Shown: positions 56,876 to 64,000 of the stretch, piece by piece
How the letters are laid out: the number at the start of each line of letters is the position of its first letter
How positions within the stretch are numbered: position 1 is the stretch's first letter
From: Candidatus Latescibacterota bacterium
GTDB lineage: Bacteria > Latescibacterota > UBA2968 > UBA8231
Reading direction: 5' to 3'
DNA: 64,000 nucleotides
NCBI GenBank assembly: GCA_965217585.1
Contig: OZ244561.1
Span: 7,008,001 to 7,072,000 of the forward strand
Translations under genes and position numbers: made by a program
The notes under the pieces: generated by a model
Told to the model about the DNA's origin: nothing
The model's database searches: none
Seen by the model: the letters and a program-made list of their open reading frames with translations, nothing else

Positions 56876-57549
56876 TCAATCGTTCCCCAAACCCTCCAGA
56901 TATTGTAGAACATCCTTCACCGGAACCACATCCCCCATGCGGGCATTGATGTCGAACAGGTTCGCTTCATGGGCGGTTGGGGATCGGTCCCCGACGGCCT
57001 CCCGAGGTATGATTGTATGCAGGTTGTAGTCATGGGAAACCTGGGATGTCGCCCTTACACAGCCGCTCGTGCTGCAACCCGTGATGATGAGCGTATCGAC
57101 CTGCCTTGCCATCAACTGGCTAAGCAATGTGGTGCCGAAGAAGGTCGACGCCCGCTGCTTGGCGATTACCACCTCATCAGGCTGCACCTCCAAGGCAGGA
57201 TCAATCTCAACCCATTCCGTACCCTTGATCAGGATCCGCTGGAGGGGCTTTTTTTCATCACCACTTCACCGCAGTCCCTGAGGTCCGCCTCAAAGGCCAT
57301 GGTCGTGAAGAACACGGGTACCCCTTTTCGCCGAGCCACGCGCAGAACCCGCATCGTCTGTTCGATAACCCCAGACAGGTCGGTGCCAATGGGGGAGGAG
57401 GGATCAGTCCATGCCTTTGCGAGATCGATGACCAAGACCGCAGGTCGTTTACCAAAACCTGCCGTCCCGGCGAAGCCGCGTTCCATGTAGAACTCCTTCA
57501 TTCCCTCGTCTGCGAGGGAATGAACCTGTTTATTGCCCTTTGTGACCAT
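56876..57549 (-). pseudogene. Isochorismatase-family cysteine hydrolase split by a frameshift
   Basis: GFGKRPAVLVID (frame 1) and KQRASTFFGT..GCSTSGCVRAT (frame 2). One extra A in the A7 tract at 57249-57255 restores a single ORF. Confidence 0.8.
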
Positions 57550-57702
57550 AGGTCATCTCCTTTCTCGAGATCTCTCAAGAAGTCCTGATTCTGATCCTGG
57601 AGGGCACTCGAGAAAACCGACCACACCGGATACACGAGCCCTTCGTTTACAACCGCTCCACGAGCTGTCTCTACCAGCACAACCGCTCAAAGCCATAACG
57701 GG

Positions 57703-57730
57703 GAAAACCCCGATCTGAACAAGGGTTTTC
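57703..57730. promoter_or_regulatory. Inverted repeat, possible operator upstream of the isochorismatase gene
   Basis: GAAAACCC-N12-GGGTTTTC. Confidence 0.3.
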
Positions 57731-57866
57731 TTTAGACCTGTAGTAGATCGTTTCCAATTTAGTATTGCATGTCCATCTCTTGTGGGAGCGCCCTTCAGGC
57801 GATCCCCGCTCACATCGCGGCAAAATGCCGCGCCTAAGGGCATTGCGCCAGTATTATGGGAACGAT

Positions 57867-59618
57867 TTACTGGCTTTTCTTATCTGCCTCAACCGGACGG
57901 ACGAAACGGCCGTGCCCCGGCCGACCTAGGATGCTTCCGTCGGCGTACACCGTCTGCCCACGAACGATGGTCCGCCTTATGCGGCCCTTGAATTGCCGCT
58001 TGTCGTACAGATAATAGTTGTCGCGTGCAAGGGAAAACTGTTCTTCCTTATGAAACGTCCACACCTCGGTAGGGTCATAGACCACCAGGTCAGCATCTGC
58101 ACCCACCGCCACCCTCCCCTTACGAGGTGCGAGGCCGAAGATGCGCGCCGGCGCTTCGGCCAGCACCTCCACGGCACGACTCAGGGAAATCCGCCCCGCC
58201 AGGGCCTCGCCCAGGATTGAATGACCCAATACCTCGACCCCAGGATGCCCAGGTGGTGTCAGCCAGATGTCCGACTGGGCCTTTTCCTCAGGGCGATAGG
58301 GCCCGTGATCACTGCCGACGGTGTCTACCGTCCCATCGCGTACCGCTGTCCAGAGCGCCAGCGAGTCCTCTGGTGAGCGAAGCGGGGGGTTGATCTTCGC
58401 GAAAACGCCCACGCGCTCCATATCCCAAGCATCAAACAGCAGGTAATGGGGACAGGTCTCGATGGTGAGCGGTAATCCACGGCGCTTGCCTTCCCCGGCC
58501 AAACGCATGGCCCAGGCTGAAGAGGTGTGAGGCAGGTGCAATCGCACCCCAAGCGCTTCCACCAGGCACAGCAGGGTGCTCACCGCAGCAGCTTCCACGA
58601 AAGGCGGTCGTGACTCCAGGTGTGCTAAGGGATCTGTTCGACCTGCGGCCTTCAGTTCAGCAATGCGCGCCTCAACCAGCGCATTGTCCTCGGCATGGAT
58701 GGCGCAAGGCAGGCCCGTCTGCACAATCGCCTTCAATGCCCGATACAGAGCGCCGTTGTCGGGCACGTACAGTCCCCGTAAATCAGCTTTGTGGCCCGAT
58801 GGCAATCCGAGCGTAATGATCTTGAACCCGATCACACCTTCGGCCGCCATGCCGGCGATGACATCCGGGTCCTCACTGCCTCCTCCTCCGTACAGGGCAA
58901 AATCGACGTAACATTCCTGCTCGCCACTCTCCCGTCGGCGGCGGATGACATCGGGCGTTGACGCAGGCGGTTCGGAGCTAGGCATCTCGAGGATAGTGGT
59001 CACACCACCGGCTGCCGCTGCCTGCGTCGCTGTGGCCCAGGTGATCAATATCGCGTTCACAGTGACGCCGGTCCCGGCTACCTCCAGGGCGAGTGCCTTT
59101 GTGAAGGCAATGAGCCCGCCTTTTGCCGCGCAATAATGCGCGAGCTCCTGCCCTCCTTTAATGGCCAGCTGGGAACTGATATTGATTATCCGCCCGAATC
59201 GCTGCTCGAGCATGCCGTCCAGGGCAAACCTCGTGCAAAGGAAAGCACTGCGCAGGTTCTTGGCGATCATCGCGTCCCACGCCTCGATGGAGATCTCCAA
59301 GAAGGGGACATTGCCCCCCCCACCGGCATTGTTTACCAAAATGTCAAGACGGCCGAAATGATCCTGGACCGCATGCACCAGCCGTCGGGCCTGGTCGGCC
59401 TCAGCAACGTCCGCTTGGACCACAATAGCCTCGTTGCCCATCTGCTCGATTGCAGAAACGACCTCCTTGGCTTGACCGTAAGCCTGAAGGTAGTTCACCG
59501 CAACGTGTGCACCTTCGGCCGCAAATGCCAGGGCGATACCGCGTCCAATACCGCGGCTCGATCCGGTGACCAGCGCGATGCGCCCCTCCAGTTTGCCCAC
59601 CTTCGAGACTCCTTCCAC
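57867..59618 (-). pseudogene. In-frame chimera: SDR oxidoreductase N-terminal part fused to a dihydroorotase/allantoinase lacking its N-terminus
   Basis: TGSSRGIG, NNAG, YCAAK..VTVNAI, then abruptly TWATATQAAAAGGVTTILEMP..IHAED..ETCPHYL..KINPPLR..GSDHGP. The SDR C-terminus and the amidohydrolase HxH motif are both missing. Confidence 0.75.
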
Positions 59619-60111
59619 GTCTAGAACGGATCGGTACCCTTCCTGTTCGCCAGGCCGGGTCGGTTCAACGGGGAATCTTCGACTTCAGACATGAAGTGTC
59701 TTGGTCCCGCTCCAGACGAGCGGGACCAAAGACCTCGTTTACCTTACTTCGGCCCGACTTCGCAACGTCCAACGACGCCTCCTCCAGCCGACGATCACAG
59801 ATTTCAGGCACGCCAAGTTGTTGAGAACGAACTACTTTTTCCAGAAAAATGTCTGCGGCCGTGCGATGACCGGGTTCTTGGCGTCCGGTGTGTTCAGGAG
59901 CCTCGCCGGGACGTTTCCCATGTTGACTTTGACCACCCGGAGACCCTGGTTCGCCGCGCTCTGCCCAACAACGCCGACGGTGTATACTTCCCCGGCGGCG
60001 GCTATGTATACATTCTTCAGACTCCTGCAAAAGTCCTCGTGGGTTTCAACCAGATGGGCCGGCAGCAGGAGAAAAAGTGGAATTTTGCCCCGGTAGTTCA
60101 GGGCCAGTATG

Positions 60112-60630
60112 GAATTCCTGCTGGAAGTGCAGGTGCTTTGGAATCGCGCCCTGCTTCATCGCCAGCATTACCTTGATCAGCGCGGCGACTCCCGCTGCCG
60201 ACTCTAGATGGCCGAAGTTGGTCTTCACCGAGCCGATCAGCAGCGGGCGGTCTGCGGCACGTCCCTTGCCGTACGCCGCCGCGGTCGAGCGCAACTCAAT
60301 CGGATCACCCACTTCCGTCCCCGTCCCGTGCGTCTCCACGTAATCCACATCCGAGGGCAGAACCCCCGCCCGCAGCAGCGCCGCCTCGATGACCCGCTCC
60401 TGCGACGCTTCGTTGGGTACCGTCAGTCCCGCACTCGTCCCATCCTGGTTGACCGCCGAGCCTCGGATCACGCCCCAGATCCGGTCGCCCCGTCTGCCTC
60501 CGCCTCACTCAGCCGCTTCAGAACCACGATTCCGCAGCCTTCGCCCCGCACGTACCCGTTCGCAGCCGCATCGAATGTTTTGCACCGACCATCCGGCGCC
60601 AACATCCCGGCATTGGCACGCAGCATTCCG
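60112..60630 (-). pseudogene. Internal fragment of a type I PKS ketosynthase domain (SupA-like), frameshifted
   Basis: [30 protein letters not shown] / [41 protein letters not shown]; extra C near 60488-60491. Confidence 0.85.
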
Positions 60631-60805
60631 CGTCGAACTGGTCGATGCCATGGTCTTTATAAAAAATTGGGCTATATATAGTCTTGTGCATTGAATGTAA
60701 TAGGTACGTTGAAGCCGGTCATCCAAAATCTTTGGCGGAATTGCAGCCGAAGATAGACCGTGATACCTTACGCGGCTGGCTAACACGATCAGGAGATATA
60801 CATCA

Positions 60806-62044
60806 ATGGCTAAGAGAGTATTCCACGTCGCATTCCTTGCGGCGCTTATGGCGGGATGCAGTGAGGATAAACCGCTCGGCTTTGAGGCGGGACCGCCCAG
60901 CGCGGTCGAAGTTGACGCAGGCGCGGCCGTGCAAGTGCGATCCATGCTGCCGCTCACAGGCCATCAGCATATTGCCGAGTCGATCCAGAAGGCGATCGAG
61001 CTGGCCGTCGAGGATTATGGCCCCATCTATGGTCGCACGGTTGCACTCGGACAGCCAGTAGATACCATGTGTTCAAGCGATGGCGGCGGCGAGGGTGCGC
61101 GTCAGATCGTCGCCGACCCGCAAGGGGTGGGCGTCATCGGCCCGGCGTGTTCCGGGGCGTCGGTGGGGGCCTCGCCCGTGCTTAGCGCGGCAGGATTGGC
61201 GACGATCTCGCCAGCGAACGCGTCGCCCGATCTCACGTCGGACCTCGCGGGCAACCCAGGACCGGACTACCATCCCGGCTACTTCCGCGTTTACAGCAAT
61301 GGTCTTTATCAGGCCCAAGCAGTCGCCCATTTCGCCTATAACGAGTTGGGCTTGCGGCGGATGGCGACCATTCACGACGGCGACTCGGTTACGCACGGTC
61401 TCGCCACTGCCTTCGCCAACGCTTTCAGCACACTCGGCGGCGAAGTCGTTGCCATCGCCGCTATCGCCAAGGGCGACGCGGACATGAGCGCCGTACTGGC
61501 GGATTTTGCGGCTGCCGCACCGGACGGCATCTTCTTGCCGCTATTTGCCGCCGAGGGGTATCATCTCGTCAGCCAAGCAAAGGGGTTTGACGGGTTAGAA
61601 GAGGTAACGTTCATCGCCGGCTCCGCTACGAGTACCCAAGAATTTCTCGGCAAGCCGGAATCGGAAGGGGTCTATCTCTCAGGGCACGACTCGCATTTCG
61701 GCACCAACGCCAATCAGGTGACCGGCAAGGACGCGAGTGCGCTGTCGGCTGCTTACCAAGCTGCTGCCGACGCGAATTTCTTTTTTCACGCCTACGACGC
61801 CACGACGCTACTGCTCAGCGCCATCGAATCCGTTGCCGTGGAGGAGAGCGGAAAGTTGCACATAGACCGCGTCGCCCTGCGCGAGGAGGTCGGGGCAACG
61901 GCCGACTTTCAGGGCATCATCGGCGTACTCACCTGCGACGAGTTCGGCGACTGCGGCACCGGGCGCGTCAACATCTACTACCACGCGGACTCGGGCATCA
62001 CGGACACCGCGCAGTTGCCGGTGGTCTATCGGTTCGCACCGTGA
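60806..62044 (+). CDS. Branched-chain amino acid ABC-type substrate-binding lipoprotein (copy 3)
   Basis: AGGAG RBS; lipobox MAGC; same motifs and C-terminus (CDEFGDCGTGRVNIY..AQLPVVYRFAP) as copies 1 and 2. Confidence 0.88.
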   Translation: MAKRVFHVAFLAALMAGCSEDKPLGFEAGPPSAVEVDAGAAVQVRSMLPLTGHQHIAESIQKAIELAVEDYGPIYGRTVALGQPVDTMCSSDGGGEGARQIVADPQGVGVIGPACSGASVGASPVLSAAGLATISPANASPDLTSDLAGNPGPDYHPGYFRVYSNGLYQAQAVAHFAYNELGLRRMATIHDGDSVTHGLATAFANAFSTLGGEVVAIAAIAKGDADMSAVLADFAAAAPDGIFLPLFAAEGYHLVSQAKGFDGLEEVTFIAGSATSTQEFLGKPESEGVYLSGHDSHFGTNANQVTGKDASALSAAYQAAADANFFFHAYDATTLLLSAIESVAVEESGKLHIDRVALREEVGATADFQGIIGVLTCDEFGDCGTGRVNIYYHADSGITDTAQLPVVYRFAP

Positions 62045-62066
62045 GAGGTCGAGAAAGGGAACTAGC

Positions 62067-62459
62067 ATGAAAACGCTCCGTGTTGCCATGATCGCGCTGG
62101 CCATTGTCCAACTGGTGCTGACGGGGTTTACCGCCTTGGTCGGCGGATTCGCCGACGGGGGTAGCGTTGGGGAACGAGCGCTGATTATGGTCGTGCATCC
62201 GGTTGCCGCCATCGCGCTGCTGGTAATGGTGTTGACCCTCCGAACTGCCGCCAAGTGGCTCACTCGTGTGGCTGTGGTTTTGCTATTGGTCAGCATCGCC
62301 GGGGATGTAGCGGTCTACGTTGCCATCAGCGAAGGCACGATAAAGGGAGACAAGTCTCTGGCTCTTATATTCGCTATAATACCAGTAATCGGCGTGGTAT
62401 ATGGACTGGCCCGGGGAACGGGACGGGGTCAGGTCAACAGTCCCGGGGCGACCAGATAG
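62067..62459 (+). CDS. Small four-TM hypothetical membrane protein
   Basis: Four hydrophobic segments; AAAGGGA RBS-like sequence upstream. Confidence 0.65.
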   Translation: MKTLRVAMIALAIVQLVLTGFTALVGGFADGGSVGERALIMVVHPVAAIALLVMVLTLRTAAKWLTRVAVVLLLVSIAGDVAVYVAISEGTIKGDKSLALIFAIIPVIGVVYGLARGTGRGQVNSPGATR

Positions 62460-62592
62460 CGGCACCGAGAAGCTTCATGCCAGCGATGATATTCACTGCG
62501 CTGATGCCTTTTTCGATTTTTATGCGGAAAGAAAAATAAATGGCCCGCGCAAACCTGTTCTATCTACCCAGGCAGGAGCCGACTCCTTGGAG

Positions 62593-62631
62593 GAGATTCT
62601 CCGACTCCGCTGCGCTCCGCTCAGAATGACA
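62593..62631. repeat. REP-like palindromic extragenic element
   Basis: GAGATTCT..CTCCGCTGCGCTCCGCTCAGAATGACA (reverse GTCATTCTGAGCG..GAATCTC), between convergent genes. Confidence 0.45.
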
Positions 62632-62671
62632 AGCTGCGATCAGTAATGACAATTCGTCTGCTGCTGCGTTC

Positions 62672-64000
62672 CTACACACTATCACACCCCAGCACCATCA
62701 CCTCGCACTGGTGCAGCGTCGGCCACGGATCAGGTGTTTGCAAACCGTCGAGTCCTATGAGGACGAGGTTTTCGCCGCGCTGGATGGGGGGATTTTTTAT
62801 GACGAGCCAAGTGCCGAGTTGGTTTTTTAGCTTCGCGGCACCAGCGAGCGAGACAGCGCGATCGTTGACTCGGCAGAAAATGCGGTCCATGCAGGCTTCG
62901 TAATCCGTGAGATGCAGGCGTAGCTCGGTGCCGAGGATGCGGCCATCGGCGAGGCCAGCCTCAATGTCGTCTTCGATGATGAGAGTCATCTCGTACCCGG
63001 GACCGCCGGTCGCGCGCGCCGGCATGCTCAAGGCGCGGGGCACCTGCGCGTAGTGATCTCCGGTCGAGTGGTGGACGACCCCCCCCAAGGCGGAATCGGA
63101 CACCGAATAGCTGCGGTCGCGGCGCGCCAGCCGCTTGGGATCGGTCAGATCGGTGAGAAGATTGAGGTGGTCGTCGTTGTACTCTTTCTCTGCAAAGGGC
63201 GAAGCGCGGTGGTGCCGGTAGTCGTAGTTAAAAATGTAGACTCCGGCGGCACCCTGTTCGTACCCGTTCAGCGCCACGCCACGCAGGACGGCGGGCACCC
63301 CGCGGTCGTACCCTTCGTGCGGCGAGGTCAGATGCGTAGCACCGTCAAAGCCCACGTAAATCGGCACCTTGCTCTCCTCAGCACAGGCGACGGCCTCGGC
63401 GATGTCGATGCGGGCCGGGCAGTATGAGGCCGAGGAAAGCACGAACAAGTCCGCCACCGGCTCGCGGATCCAAGCCGAAGCGTCGATGCCAATGCCGCGC
63501 GCCTCAGCGAGGCAAGGGGGCACGCGCGTCAGCAGCGAAATCGCCTTCCCCTTCTGTTCGCTGTGGCGACGCACTATGGCGTGGGCTTGGCGCATGAACT
63601 CGGTGAGGGTGTCGAGGGTGTCGAGCAAGCGCCCGGGCCGGAAGTAGGGTGGCCCGCGCATCCAGTCGAGTTCGATGCCGTCGAAGTCGTAGCGCTCCAA
63701 GGTCTCATCGACGAGCCCGAGAAAGCGGTCGCGCACCTCCTCCTGCTCGTAATCCCATTGCCAACAGAAGTTCCAGCGGTCGGCACCACCCGAGCGCGTC
63801 GGGGTCGGGGAGCCAATCAGCAGGTCGGGCCGCGACTTCTTATGGCGGCTGCGCACCTGCCACTCGCGCGCCTCGTCAGAGGTGTGGGCGTCGTTCATGC
63901 GCATCGACGCGATCGCTGCGATGCCGTGCCGCCGGCAGCCGTCGATATAGACCTGCATCAGTTCGCGGCCGTCGGCGATGACCGCGTCCATGCAGTTGTA
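62672..64000 (-). CDS. GHL10/DUF187-like TIM-barrel glycosyl hydrolase (5' end beyond window)
   Basis: ASMRMNDAH, WDYEQEEVRDRFL..ERYDFDGIELDWMR, GAAGVYIFNY. Confidence 0.75.
   Translation of the reverse strand, partial: YNCMDAVIADGRELMQVYIDGCRRHGIAAIASMRMNDAHTSDEAREWQVRSRHKKSRPDLLIGSPTPTRSGGADRWNFCWQWDYEQEEVRDRFLGLVDETLERYDFDGIELDWMRGPPYFRPGRLLDTLDTLTEFMRQAHAIVRRHSEQKGKAISLLTRVPPCLAEARGIGIDASAWIREPVADLFVLSSASYCPARIDIAEAVACAEESKVPIYVGFDGATHLTSPHEGYDRGVPAVLRGVALNGYEQGAAGVYIFNYDYRHHRASPFAEKEYNDDHLNLLTDLTDPKRLARRDRSYSVSDSALGGVVHHSTGDHYAQVPRALSMPARATGGPGYEMTLIIEDDIEAGLADGRILGTELRLHLTDYEACMDRIFCRVNDRAVSLAGAAKLKNQLGTWLVIKNPPIQRGENLVLIGLDGLQTPDPWPTLHQCEVMVLGCDSV

Noticed and set aside
59665-60176. 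ORFs between the SDR chimera and the KS fragment
   Set aside because: No frame shows a recognisable motif or credible start; at best an unidentifiable minus-strand gene remnant.
60112-60630. Functional polyketide biosynthetic cluster
   Set aside because: Only a frameshifted internal KS fragment is present, with no AT, ACP or tailoring genes.
53730-60645. GATC, TCGA or GAATTC sites at several fragment junctions as evidence of restriction-ligation or Hi-C chimeras
   Set aside because: These short words are very frequent in this sequence and no GATCGATC fill-in signature is present, so the pattern cannot be separated from chance without a statistical test.
1-64000. CRISPR array, cas genes, rRNA or tRNA
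   Set aside because: No regularly spaced repeat-spacer array, cas motif or RNA-gene signature was seen.

Overview
GC-rich diderm bacterial DNA. Protein types suggest a Latescibacterota/Gemmatimonadota-like (FCB superphylum) organism, possibly a sponge symbiont; this is inference. The main feature is a two-armed cell-envelope gene cluster: a minus-strand arm (<1-11699) and a plus-strand arm (22133-51101) built from the same paralogous families. These families are: four 870-1000 aa secreted putative outer-membrane beta-barrel proteins with a conserved Asp/Asn-rich, Ca-binding-like insert; four discoidin/Ig proteins ending in a TPNGD..WDG..V-x-[VL]-[AV]-Y C-terminal domain; two paralogous lipoproteins, one fused to a TonB-C/AgmX-like domain; and two DUF6785-like polytopic membrane proteins. 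The right arm adds a 1082-aa TPR protein, a membrane-anchored DUF4159 protein, a CRTAC1/TPR pair and ExbB/ExbD. No SusC/SusD pair or canonical T9SS core gene is recognisable, so this looks like an uncharacterised, energised outer-membrane uptake or surface-display system. Between and after the arms are cytoplasmic catabolic enzymes (two sulfatases, sialidase-like, atypical GH32, creatininase, GHL10-like), three orphan branched-chain amino acid (BCAA)-type binding lipoproteins, IS remnants, and a patchwork of stitched gene fragments (SDR/dihydroorotase fusion, SupA-like ketosynthase fragment). No rRNA, tRNA or CRISPR array was seen. All family calls come from motif recognition, not database searches.
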